From Macrostomum lignano (Eukaryota): a stretch of DNA of 64,000 nucleotides. Location of the stretch: contig NIVC01000300.1 of NCBI GenBank assembly GCA_002269645.1, positions 302,182 to 366,181 of the forward strand. The letters run 5' to 3'. Positions 34,605 to 47,051 of the stretch are shown here, piece after piece. The position numbers and the translations under genes are program-made. Position 1 is the first letter of the stretch; each line of letters begins with the position of its first letter. The notes under the pieces are model-generated. The model did no database searches, had not been told where the DNA came from, and was given only the letters and a program-made list of their open reading frames with translations.

Positions 34605-37600
34605 CTAAGCCACCGCAGCCCCGTCTTCTCCGTCTCCATCCCGCTCGTCCTTGGTTCGAACATCCACATTGGCGTGCGACTTGAGCTGGTTGAACAGGGC
34701 CGACTTGAACACCTCGCGCTCGCGCTTGATCTCATCCCGGACCTTGCTGGGATAGTCAGGCACCAGAGCGTCAATGAGGCCCTTGAGGAACAGCACCAGG
34801 TGCTCGAACACCAGCACGAAGGCCATCCTGGCCGCCAGCACGTGCCAGAACTCCGACCTGTACTTGTAGGGCGCCTCGTCGTAGCGGAAGTCCCGGTAGT
34901 AGCAGACCGGCTCCGTGTTGTTCACCGGCCGCGAGGACTCCTCAAAATCTGAGGTGTTGAACCTCGACAGGCGCCACTTGATGTAATTGTGGTTGGAATA
35001 ATTGCCCACAGTGTGCTGGTAGACCATCTTGGGAATTTGCTCGGAGGTGAATCCCAGAATGACAGCGTTAGTGACCACGGCCAGGGCGCTGATGGCGGTG
35101 AGAATCTGCAGCCAGATGCCGATGCTGCTGGCACGCCGGGCGATGGGCCGGCGCAGCAGAGCCACCATCTTCCAGGCGTCCAGGCGCACCTCCTACGGCG
35201 TGAGGCAAACGGGGGGTGAGGTGGGCGTGTAGCGCAGCGGTCAAGCGGGCGTCTCTCAAGATTGGAAGGACCCTAGTTCGAATCCTGATTGAGCCGAACT
35301 CTTTTAAAATTTGTACAATTAATTTTATTCGACTACAAGTTTACCTGAATAAAATTTCCATTAAATTTACCAAGCGTTAATTTTTGGTGAAGCTGTACAG
35401 ATTTTTCCCTACCAGCCTAACATTTGCAATAAAAAAAATAAACGTATTATGTTGAAATCCGACAAAAAATGTCTTATAGCCTACTGAAAGTGTCAAGTAG
35501 CCAGAAGCGGGTAGCTGATAAAAATATGTGAAAACAAAAAAATATTCAGTTTACTGTCGTTTTTAAATCATTTTTAATTAAATTAAAAATCAAATTTATT
35601 GATACTTATTTGCCATACCGGTCCCTCTTTCTAAAAGTCAATAAAGTAGGAAAATTTCATAAATTGCAAAAAAAGAATTCGCCCAATGTGGGGCTCGAAC
35701 CCACGACCCTGAGATTAAGAGTCTCATGCTCTACCGACTGAGCTAACCGGGCTGACACACTGGGAGGCCACAGCTGTTGCTTTTATCAGCCACTTCGCGC
35801 CATGCAAGGGAATAAACAATGGAATCAAGCTATAAGTAGTAAACTAAGCGTATTTTCGCAGATAAATTTAATTCGAACTCACCAGCACATTGTTCATCAA
35901 AGCGAACAGCGGCGCCAGAGGCATGGCGGCTACAAAGAGAGTGACGAAGCCGAACTGGATGACCATCTCCAGGTACTCGTCGAACAGCTGCAGGTGGTCC
36001 ACCGGCAGCAGCGACCAGTCTCGCTCGCACTGGCGCAGGTCTCTGCCGAGCTTCTCCGCAGCCTTCACGATCTCCGCCTGCTCCTCTTCCACAGGGGTGC
36101 CGCGCATCAGGTTGTACTTGTTGAACAGCTTCTTGAGCAGGGGCACACCGACCTGGGTGGGCGGCGACTGCGTTAGATGGACGGATGGACAAACAGACAG
36201 ACAGACACAGAGACAGACACTGAGATAGACAGGCAGACACTGAGATAGACAGGCAGACACTGAGAGAGACAGACAGACACTGAGAGAGACAGGCAGACAT
36301 TGAGATAGACAGGCAGACACTGAGAGAGACAGGCAGACACTGAGAGAGACAGGCAGACACTGAGAGAGACAGGCAGACACTGAGAGAGACAGGCAGACAC
36401 TGAGAGAGACAGGCAGACACTGAGAGAGACAGGCAGACACTGAGAGAGACAGGCAGATACTGAGAGAGACAGGCAGATACTGAGAGAGACAGGCAGACAC
36501 TGAGAGAGACAGGCAGACACTGAGATAGACAGGCAGACACTGAGACAGACAGGCAGACACTGAGACAGACAGGCACAGACACAGACGGACACAGACATTG
36601 AGACAGACATTAGGACAGACACAGAGACAGACACTAGGACAGACACTGACACAGACAGACACTGAGACAGACACAGAGACAGACACTAGGACAGACACTG
36701 AGACAGACACTAGGACAGACACTGACACAGACAGACACTGAGACAGACACAGAGACAGACACTAGGACAGACACTGAGACAGACACAGAGACAGGCACAG
36801 AGACAGGCACAGAGACAGACACTGAGACAGGCACAGAGACAGGCACAAGCCAGAAGAAAAGGCTAATTAGATTGCACTACACGCAAAAATGAATCAGCAG
36901 CTGGGCATCGCTAGCCGAGTCCCCCCACAGTCCCCTCACGAGACGGCAATGGGATTTACAAGCGCAGCAATTTATCCCAACGCACCGCATAGCGCCAGCT
37001 CTGACAGTGGATTATGGTGTTTGCTTGGGGATTCTCGGCATGTGGGAGGGCCGCGGGTCGCAGCTTAGCGTGCGCGGCACAGATAATCAGCTGAGCAGAA
37101 TTAAATGAGCACCCAGATCCCATGAGATGGGAAGCAGCTCCCGCAGTCGAGCTGGTTGGACTTGTAATTTTTGGATCACACAGGCCTGGGAAGCACTTGA
37201 GGCCGATTATCCAGAATTCGTGAATAAAACTATTTGTAAAAGAGAAAACTTAAAAACATTTTGGATTTTCAACTCTTAAGTTAATATGTCTATCATCTCC
37301 CAGATCCCAAATTCATCTATGGGTCATCCCCAAATCCAAAATCCATCTATGATAATTTCCTACATCCTAAATCCATCTCTGATCAACTTTAAGATTCCAA
37401 ATCAGTCTCTGGATCGTATTCCAGATCCCAAATCCATGTTTGGATCGTCTCCCAGATCCCAAATCAGTCTCTGGATCGTCTCCCAGATCCCAAATCAGTC
37501 TCTGGATCGTCTCCCAGATCCCAAATCAGTCTCTGGATCGTCTCCCAGATCCCAAATCAGTCCCTGGATCTCCAAAACCCGATTCAAACCAAAGCCACAC

Positions 37601-40600
37601 GAAGATCAGAAGCCCCGCGCTCACCTCCATGAGGCAGTTGATGACCTGCTTGGCAACAAAGATGATGATCATCTGGATGACCAGCTCCACCAGGCAGCCG
37701 GCGGGGTCGCACTCCTCCATGCGGAAGGCGTCACCGATGCGGGCGTACTCCCCCGGCCGGCCGTGGAAATAGCCCTTGAAGAAGGCGATGTAGAACACCG
37801 ACGAGTAGTAGTTGACGAACTGGAAGCAGTACACCTTGAAGGTGAACGAGTCCTCGTAGGTTGCCTCAGTTTTTGGCTGCTCAAGGTCAGTGAGCACCAC
37901 GGCAAGGCGGCGGTAGACCTGGTTGAGCACAACGATGCAGAGGAAGTTGATGGTGGCCGCGCTGAGCGAAGTGAGCAGGCGGGCCTGGCTGGATGTCCCG
38001 ATGCCCAACGAGTGCAATACCTGAGGGCAGTGAGGTCTGGGGTTCGAATTCCTGTGTTCCTAGAGCTGGTATTTTGACGGACGCATGGTTTGTGTCAGTT
38101 AATCCAAGTGTTGTGTCAAATAATTCCGGGTATGTGTCAGAATGGGTTTGTGTCACAAAACTCTGGAATTAATGCTAGAAATCACGAACTTCTGTGTCAT
38201 ATAAGCACCTGATTTGTGTCAGAAAATCTGTGTCAGCCAGATAATATCTGTATGTTTTGGAGAATCTAATGATGTGTTTAAGATTCTGTTGATTGGTGAT
38301 TATTAGTATCAGAAGAATGAAATCAGTAAATCAGGTTTAAATGTTGGTGTGAGGGAGACAATGACTGAATCGAAGGAAACTTTTAAATGAGTTTCTCTTT
38401 AAGAGAAGGAACAATGACAGAGGGTTAGGTACCATAGAACATGCATTTTTTAAATAGTTTTTAAAAACTGAATTTTTCCTGAAATCTGAATCTGGGTTCT
38501 TTTTTATCACTGTTATCGTTAGTGCCAGTAACGTTCATTGTACATTGTACAGTTTACAGTGCAAAGAGGAAGGAGTGAGGTGGGGCCGATGGAAAGGTGG
38601 CTGTCCCGCTGACTGGAGGCAGTGTACAGTGCAAAGAGGAAGGAGTGAGGTGGGGCCGATGGAGGGGTGGCTGTCCCGCTGACTGGAGGCAGTGTACAGT
38701 GCAAAGAGGAAGGAGTGAGGTAGGGCCGATGGAGGGGTGGCTGTCCCGCTGACTGGAGGCAGTGTACAGTGCAAAGAGGAAGGAGTGAGGTAGGGCCGAT
38801 GGAGGGGTGGCTGTCCCGCTGACTGGAGGCAGTGTACAGTGCAAAGAGGAAGGAGTGAGGTGGGGCCGATGGAGGGGTGGGTGTCCCGCTGACTGGAGGC
38901 AGTGTACAGTGCAAAGAGGAAGGAGTGAGGTAAGGCCGATGGAGGGATGGGTGTCCCGCTGACTGGAGGCAGTGTACAGTGCAAAGAGGAAGGAGTGAGG
39001 TGGGGCCGATGGAGGGGTGGCTGTCCCGCTGACTGGAGGCAGTGTACAGTGCAAAGAGGAAGGAGTGAGGTAGGGCCGATGGAGGGGTGGCTGTCCCGCT
39101 GACTGGAGGCAGTTTACAGTGCAAAGAGGAAGGAGTGAGGTGGGGCCGATGGAGGGGTGGCTGTCCCGCTGACTGGAGGCAGTGTACAGTGCAAAGAGGA
39201 AGGAGTGAGGTGGGGCCGATGGAGGTATGGGTGTCCCGCTGACTGGAGGCAGTGTACAGTGCAAAGAGGAAAGAGTGAGGTAGGGCCGATGGAGGTATGG
39301 GTGTCCCGCTGACTGGAGGCAGTGTACAGTGCAAAGAGGAAGGAGTGAGGTAGGGCCGATGGAGGGATGGGTGTCCCGCTGACTGGAGGCAGTGTACAGT
39401 GCAAAGAGGAAGGAGTGAGGTGGGGCCGATGGAGGTATGGGTGTCCCGCTGACTGGAGGCAGTTTACAGTGCAAAGAGGAAAGAGTGAGGTGGGGGCCGA
39501 TAGAGGGGTGGCTGTCCCACAGAGTGATGTTGTGCAACGTGGGTGGATGAATTTTAAATTATCAAAGAACAAACTTTTATGGAATTTTAAAGTGTCATAC
39601 TCCTCTGGCCCAGGGCCAAAAGCAACACTGCTGAGTAGCCTAATAAAATAATTCTCACAAAGGCTTTTTAAAGTTTTTTTAAAAACTGACTAAACACTGT
39701 AAAACTGTCAACATTAACACGCAAAATTTTAAAACTTCAACTGAGCATAAAATCATAAAAAAAGACAAGCAAAGAAGCGTTTCGCCGCAAAGCTTCTTGT
39801 GCGAATCGATATAGCGAGCTGCTAACGGTGCGTTACTCCGAAGCCAAAAGTCGGTGCTGTGTCTACTGGTGCACTGCTATTCGGCCTGCTATCGATATTA
39901 TCGGAGCTGTCTAGTGTTGTAGATAAACTCTTGATGGCGTAGGCCCATCACCTATAGGTCTGGGAGGGTGTTGGTCATCACCTATAGATCTGGGAGGGCG
40001 TTGGCCCATCACCTATAGATCTGGGAGGGTGTTGGCTCATCACCTATAGATCTGGGAGGGTGTTGGCTCATCACCTAGAGATCTGGGAGGGCGGTGGTCC
40101 ATCACCTATAGATCTGGGAGGGTGTTGGCCCATCACCTATAGATCTGGAGAGTGTTGATCATTACCTATAGATCTGGCAGGGTGTTTATTATCACCTATA
40201 AATCTGTAAGGGTGTGGGTCATCACCTATAGATCTGGAAGGGTGTGGGTCATCACCTATAGATCTGGAAGGGCGTTGGCCCATCACCTATAGATCTGGAG
40301 TGAGTTAGGCAGTTGTGTATTTTATATAGCCTTTGTTAAGCCTCTCGCAAGTCGAAGTGGAAAGGAACATTAATCTATAGTTACATAAAAGTACAAAGTA
40401 GACTGCTCAGGAGAGCTAATCGATAGGATACAATGGAACAACTTGGAGGCTATTGTGCTTGAGGACCACAAACGAGCTATGCAAGGCAGATTGTCCAGAT
40501 CACGTTGGCAGCTCAGTTTTAATTACTTAAAAAAAGATTCTGGATAAAAACAGCTGATCAAGAATATTTCATATTTGGGCGTACCGCCTTGGCCACTCAC

Positions 40601-43600
40601 TGGCGAATCGTTGACTGAACTGTGCTGGATGGTCTAGAATTGCAGAGACATGAAATAAGTACATTAACCTGTGCGTATGCAACCTGGAGACTGAAATTGT
40701 CCTGCAAAATTAACTAGTTTGTTAGCTATGGATCTGGGAGGCTGGCCTAGCAACTGACATTCTGGGAGGCTGGCCCAGCACCTGACACTCTGGGAGGCTG
40801 GCCCAGCAACTGAGAATCTGGGAGGCTGGCCCAGCAACTGAGAATCTGGGAGGCTGGCCCAGCACCTGACACTCTGGGAGGCTGGCCCAGCAACTGAGAA
40901 TCTGGGAGGCTGACCCAGCAAGTGACACTCTGGGAGGCTGGCCCAGCACCTGACACTCTGGGAGGCTGGCCTAGCAACTGAGCATCTGGGAGGCTGGCCC
41001 AGCAACTGAGGATCTGGGAGGGCAACAATGAATTCAGAGCTGGAATGTCAAAGTTCAGCCAGATTGTGAGCAGTCAGCTGGGTTAGGTTTACATGCTTAA
41101 TATTTACACTGCCATATCCCATATACTAAAATGGTAGCGTAATTACAGATCGAGAGGATACTCGGCTCGCAGATAAAAACGCGGATAGAAACAACGAGCC
41201 AACGCTAATACATAAATAATGTACATTATTTTCATGTGTCTCTTTAGGCGAATACAATGAATACTCTCGGTTCTCTACGCAGTGGCAATTTCTCATGCCA
41301 TGAGCACACCTCTCTCAATGCTAAAAAGAACCACGAACTGTCAAAATGCAAAGTTTTTTTTCCAGCTGTTTGTAAAGAAAGCAAGTTATTTGAGAAAGTT
41401 GGAATATTGAATAAAATGCAAGCAGTCCTCTCACACCCTCATGCTCATATCCCCTCTATCTCATCCCCTTCCTCTCATCCCCTCCCTCTCATCCCCTTCC
41501 TCTCATTCCCTCCCTCTCATCCCCTCCCTCTCATCCCCTCCCTCTCATCCCCTCCCTCTCATCCCATCCCTCTCATCCCCTCCTTCTCATCCCCTCCCTC
41601 TCATCCCATCCCTCTCATCCCCTCCTTCTCATCCCCTCCCTCTCATCCCCTCTTTTTCTATGCGAAGGCACCAACAATGAAAACAGAAATAGCGGAGCAC
41701 TAATAAAAGTCAAAGATGGCGGAGCGTTGGGTATCGAGAAGACACAACATATACGCAAAAGTGGCTGCTACCTGTGGCCGGCTACAGCACAAACTACAGC
41801 ATTAGTTCTCACAGTTTAAACTAAAAAAATTCTCAGCCTGAAAGTAGCGGTGAAAAAGTGGCAGCGCGTCAAAGTGAAAATCCAACGTAAAGAAACTGGA
41901 GAGCTGAAATTCAAACTAAATAAAAGATCTAATTTGAATATTCGGTGGGCGAAGACAGAGAGGCACTGAGACAGGCACTATGACAGATACTAAGACAGGC
42001 ACTATGACAGAAAGACACTAAGAAAGACAGAGACACGAAGACAGACAGACACTAACAAAGAAACTAATACAATAATGCACTAGTGCACTGATACACTAAT
42101 GCACTAATGCACTAATACACTAATGCACAATTACACTAATACACCTATACACTAATACACTAATGCACTAATACAGTAATTCACTAATAAACTAATACAC
42201 TAATGCATCAATGCACTAAAGCATTAATACCCTAATGCACTAATGCACTAATACACTAATGCACTAATACATTAATGCACTAATACACTAATACACTAAT
42301 GCACTAATACACTAATGAACTAATACATTAATGCACTAATACACTAATACACTAATGCACTAATACATTAATGCACTAATACACTAATACACTAATACAC
42401 TAATGCATTAATGCACTAAAGCATTAATACCCTAATGCACTAATGCACTAATACATTATAACATTAATGCACTAATGCACTAGTACATTAATGCACTAAT
42501 GCACTGATACACTAATACACTAATGCACTAATACAGACACAGGCAGGGCAGGACACAGCGCATACCACAATGATGCTCAGCCGGTAGATGATGACGCCGA
42601 TGACCACACTGAGCACCAGGATGATCATGAACAGCACGGTGGACACGCTCAGGCAGTACCTCGGGGCTCGAATATAGATCGGGATGCCCTTCTCCATCTC
42701 GACCCTGAGCTGCGAGTCCGTGTCCATGGTGTTTTCAATGTCGTCCGTTTTGCCGCGGAGCCGCGACTGCACCTGCCTGGTGTAGGCCGGGCGGGGCACC
42801 TGCGGGGAGCGAAGGGGCCGGGGAGAGGTGGCTGGGCCTCCATTGGGAAAGCAGATCCCAGAGTCTCATTTTTATAAACTTTTTAGTCTCAGCCCAGCCT
42901 TTAAACATGTTCTCATAGGTTCAAAGTCTCATTCTGAGTACTTAGATGTAGAGATTCAAAATCTCACGCTGAGACATACAGGTTCGCAATCTCACCTTCA
43001 AAACTTCAAAAAAGACTTAAAAACTTCAAAATCTCACCATCTGAAGACTTCAAACTTCGAAATCTCACCCTTTGGAGACTTGAAACCTCGAAATCTCACC
43101 CTTTGGAGACTTGAAACTTCAAAATCTCACCCATTGGAGACTTGAAACTTCAAAATCTCACCCATTGGAGACTTGAAACTTCCAAATCTCACCCTTTGGA
43201 GACTTGAAACTTCCAAATCTCACCCTTTGGAGACTTGAAACTTCCAAATCTCACCCTTTGGAGACTTGAAACTTCCAAATCTCACCCTTTGGAGACAAAC
43301 CTTCAAAATAGCACCTCCCGGAGACTTAAAAAATTGAAATCTCACCCTCTGGAGACTTGAAACTTCAAAATCTCACCCTCTAGAGACTTGAAACTTCAAA
43401 ATCTCACCCTCTGAAGACTTTAAACTTCAAAATCTCACCCTTTAGAGACTTGAAACTTCAAAATCTCACCCTTTGGAGACTTGAAACTTCAAAATCTCAC
43501 CCTCTAGAGACTTGAAACTTCGAAATCTAACATTCTGGAAACTTAAACTTTAAAATCTCACCCTCTAGAGACTTAAAACTTCGAAACATCACCCTCTGGA

Positions 43601-44540
43601 GATTTCAAACTTTAAAATCTCACCCTCTGAAGACTTAAAACTTTGAAATCTCACCCTCTGGAGACTTGAAACTTCAAAATCTCACCCTCTGGAGACTTGA
43701 AACTTTAAAATCTCACTCCAAGACTAGCAGATTCAAAATCTCGACCCGAATCTTGACAAATTCAAAATCTGACCCTGAAGAGCCACAGACTCCCAGACTC
43801 ATAATCGCACCCTCATATCCTTCATTACCTCGTCATGCTGGAAGTTGTTGACATCCCATTCGTACTGCAGCACGGCCTGCTCGCGCTTCCAGAACTCCAG
43901 GAAGCAGGTGGCCCACAGGGACATGACGATGGCGAACAGGATGCTGGCGGGGTTGTCGAACACGTGCACGATCCGTGAGTAGGTGCAGCTGCTCTTCAGC
44001 GGGGTGTAGCCGCAGGCCTTGTCGCATCCAGGGCACAGCTTCATCTCCATCACCTCGGGGTCCTCGCAGATCTGATCCGCTGTCACGTTAGTCGCAGAAG
44101 TGCAAACTCCGTAGATGAACACAATGAGGCCGAGAATAGCCATGGGCGCCAGCCACATGTTGTAGAAGCCCAGCCAGGCAAAGTACATGGCGATCTTTTC
44201 GCCAAAATACCGCCTGACCAGCAGCAGCGGCTGGAAGCGGTACCAGTTCTTCGGCGCCACCCAGACGTCGTACAACTCCTGGCGATCGTTGTCGAAGCCC
44301 TGGACTCGCGTGTCCGCCCCGCTGGGCGGCTTGTAGGGCCCGTCGTGCAGGCTGAAGTAGCCGGTGATGGCCTCCTTGCTCAGGCACTCGCTGAATAGCG
44401 GCATTTCCACCACAGCGTTGTAGGTGATCAGCGACCGCTGCGCCGAGGTGAAGAAGTTCTCCGGGTCGTTGCTGCGGAGGAACATGTCCAGGCGCTCCTC
44501 CTGGGGTGGGAGCGGCGGTGCCGTGCTTTGAGGCTGCGGC

Positions 44541-44605
<65 letters not shown>

Positions 44606-47023
44606 CAGACGGACAGACAGGCAGACACTAAAACAGACGGACAAATCTATGGGTAGGTAGATAGGTAGACAGGTGGATAGCCAGGTAGGTAGGTAGGTAG
44701 GTAGGTAGGTAGGTAGGTAGGTAGGTAGGTAGGTAGGTAGGTAGGTAGGTAGGTAGGTAGGTATTCATAGGTAGGTAGATAGGTAGGTAGGTAGGTAGGT
44801 AGGTAGGTCGGTAGGTAGGTAGGTAGGTAGGTAGGTAGGTAGGTAGGTAGGCAGGTAGGTAGGTAAGTAGGTAGGTAGGTAAGTAGGTACTAAGTAGGTA
44901 GATGGATAGATAGATACATAGAAAAGTAGACAGATAGATACGTAAATAGGTAGGCAGGCAGGCAGGCTGGCAGGCTCACCTGGAAGGGCGCAGTGAAGTA
45001 GTCGTGCTTCTCCCCCGTGTTCTCCTTGGCCCTAAAGAACGCCTTCAGTCCGAAGCAGCCGTCGCTGCAGACGGAACCGCCGCCCTCCTCGTCGCCCTCT
45101 TGCAGCTCGTTAGAAATGTCGGCGATGGGCATCTCCAGCTTGATGACGGAGGCGTACCGGGTGAGTAGTTCGAACTTGGAGTGCAGCAGCAGGTAGCCGG
45201 AGCTCTGCGGCACCGACTCGTGCGGCAGCAGCGTCTCCACGACCAGGCCCATCAGGTTCAGCCGCTCAACCAGCTGGTCGCGAAGTCGCTGCCGCTCTGC
45301 TTCGTGATTTTTCGGATCCTTGGCCGGCGGAGCCGGGAACGGCAAGACGAAGTCGATCTTCAGGCGTTCACCGTCCTTGCCGAACTGTCGGGGAAGCGAT
45401 TGAGCAGGCGTTGGCACTGAGTTGGGTTGATGCGTACATCTCACTCTGAAGTAGATATAATTTCACTCTGAAGTATATAATCTCACTCTGAAGTAGATAA
45501 TCTCAGTCTGAAGTATATAATCTCTCTCTGAAGTAGATATAATTTCACTCTGAAGTATATAATCTCACTCTGAAGTAGATAATCTCACTCTGAAGTATAT
45601 AATCTCACTCTGAAGTATATAATCTCACTCTGAAGTATATAATCTCACTCTGAAGTAGATAATCTCAGTCTGAAGTATATAATCTCACTCTGAAGTAGAT
45701 AATCTCACTCTGAAGTATATAATCTCACTCTGAAGTAGATAATCTCACTCTGAAGTAGATAACCTCACACTGAAGTATATAATCTCACTCTGAAGTATAT
45801 AATCTCACTCTGAAGTAGATAATCTCACTCTGAAGTATATAATCTCACTCTGAAGTAGATAATCTCAGTCTGAAGTATATAATCTCACTCTGAAGTAGAT
45901 AACGTCACTTTGAAGTAGATAATCTCTCTCTGGAGTAGATAATCTCACTCTGAAGTAGATAATCTCTCTCTGAAGTATATAATCTCTCTCAGAAGTAGAT
46001 AATCTCACTCTGAAGTAGATAATCTCACTCTGAAGTAGATAATCTCACTCTGAAGTAGATAATCTCACTCTGAAGTAGATAATCTCACTCTGAAGTATAT
46101 AATCTCACTCTGAAGTATATAATCTTACTCTAAAGTAGATAATCTCACTCTGAAGTAGATAGTCTCACTCTTAAGTAAATAATCTCTCTCTGAAGTAGAT
46201 AGTCTCACTCTGAAGTATATAATCTCTCTCTGAAGTATATAATCTCTCTCTGAAGTAGATAAACTCACTTTGAAGTAGATAATCTCTCTCTGAAGTAGAT
46301 AATCTCACTCTGAAGTAGATAGTCTCACTCTTAAGTAAATAATCTCTTTCTGAAGTAGATAGTCTCACTCTTAAGTAAATAATCTCTCTCTGAAGTAGAT
46401 AGTCTCACTCTTAAGTAAATAATCTCTCTCTGAAGTAGATAGTCTCACTCTTAAGTAAATAATCTCACTCTGAAGTAGACAATCTCACTCTTAAGTAGAT
46501 AATCTCTCTCTGAAGTAGATAGTCTCACTCTTAAGTAAATAATCTCACTCTGAAGTAGACAATCTCACTTTTAAGTAAATAATCTCACTCTGAAGTAGAC
46601 AATCTCACTCTTAAGTAGATAATCTCACTCTGAAGTAGATAGTCTCACTCTAAAGTAGATAATCTCACTCTAAAGTAGATAATCTCAATCTGAAGTGGAT
46701 AATCTCACTCTAAAGTAGATAATCTCACTCTGGCCAGATACTTTCACTCTGAACTCTAAAAATCCAGATGAACTTACGTGATTCTGCAAGTAGAGGCTGT
46801 CCGTCAGCGCCTGCTGCGGCTTCATGAGGGCGACGCCCGACTGCGGCTGCTGGTCGCCGGCGCCGTCGCCGCTGCCAGCCGCGTCCTCCTCGCGAGCGGC
46901 CATCTCGATGGCCTCGAAGCCGATGGGCGCAGGGGAGTCTGGATCGCCGCCGCCCTCCGTCATCATTGGCCGGAGCTCGGAGTCATCCGACCCCTTGTTG
47001 CCTGCTGCTGGCGCTCGGCGCAT
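34605..47023 (-). CDS. Anoctamin / TMEM16 family Ca2+-activated channel or scramblase (~936 aa), ANO1-7-like clade
   Basis: complement(join(34605..35192,35883..36152,37625..38020,42566..42799,43829..44500,44980..45384,46778..47023)) = 937 codons; all introns are phase 0 GT-AG. Family motifs: [101 protein letters not shown]. An acceptor before 47036 implies a further upstream exon. The paralog number cannot be assigned without phylogeny. Confidence 0.95.
35222..35305 (+). mobile_element. tRNA-derived pseudogene or SINE-like Pol III element
   Basis: A box TAGCGCAGCGG (35230-35240), B box GTTCGAATCC (35276-35285) and a trailing TTTT at tRNA-like spacing; the anticodon stem does not pair. Confidence 0.55.
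35660..35675 (-). terminator. RNA polymerase III oligo-T terminator of tRNA-Lys
   Basis: A run of 8 T on the minus strand starts about 5 nt after the tRNA 3' end. Confidence 0.75.
35680..35752 (-). tRNA. tRNA-Lys(CTT), intronic
   Basis: The minus strand reads GCCCGGTTAGCTCAGTCGGTAGAGCATGAGACTCTTAATCTCAGGGTCGTGGGTTCGAGCCCCACATTGGGCG (73 nt). The stems pair, the anticodon CTT is at 35719-35717, A and B boxes are intact, and a T-run follows. Confidence 0.97.
36185..36845 (+). repeat. GACA-based 20-bp minisatellite (AGGCAGACACTGAGAGAGAC)n
   Basis: Tandem units next to the anoctamin acceptor at 36153. Confidence 0.92.
37385..37575 (+). repeat. 31-bp minisatellite (CTGGATCGTCTCCCAGATCCCAAATCAGTCT)n
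   Basis: About 6 units. Confidence 0.85.
38548..39510 (+). repeat. 70-bp minisatellite, about 14 near-identical copies
   Basis: GCAAAGAGGA recurs at 38561, 38631 and onward. Confidence 0.95.
39945..40300 (+). repeat. ~30-31-bp minisatellite (CATCACCTATAGATCTGGGAGGGTGTTGGC)n
   Basis: About 11 units. Confidence 0.88.
40730..41022 (+). repeat. 28-bp minisatellite (TGGGAGGCTGGCCCAGCAACTGAGAATC)n, copy 1
   Basis: About 10 units; same family as 47052-47300. Confidence 0.92.
41440..41650 (+). repeat. Pyrimidine-rich ~14-bp repeat (TCATCCCCTCCCTC)n
   Basis: Tandem units. Confidence 0.88.
42060..42532 (+). repeat. 8-bp variant repeat (TAATRCAY)n
   Basis: About 58 units of TAATACAC, TAATGCAC or TAATACAT. 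Confidence 0.9.
42955..43720 (+). repeat. 30-bp minisatellite (AAATCTCACCCTTTGGAGACTTGAAACTTC)n
   Basis: About 25 units filling most of intron 42800-43828. Confidence 0.92.
44540..44975 (+). repeat. Compound (ACAG)n / (GGTA)n microsatellite
   Basis: Fills intron 44501-44979. Confidence 0.95.
45438..46750 (+). repeat. 20-bp minisatellite (AATCTCACTCTGAAGTAGAT)n, 1.3 kb
   Basis: About 65 units filling intron 45385-46777. Confidence 0.97.
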
Positions 47024-47051
47024 CGGTTCAACACGGCTGGAATTTGGAGGC

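Noticed and set aside
38548-39510. Long-unit arrays (70 bp, 50/44 bp, ~79 bp, 31 bp) as possible CRISPR arrays
   Set aside because: Units are head-to-tail with no unique spacers, there are no cas genes, and the context is eukaryotic introns.
41105-41290. CACTGC..GCAGTG ends suggesting a CACTA/Transib-like MITE
   Set aside because: Only 6 bp of inverted match and no target-site duplication.
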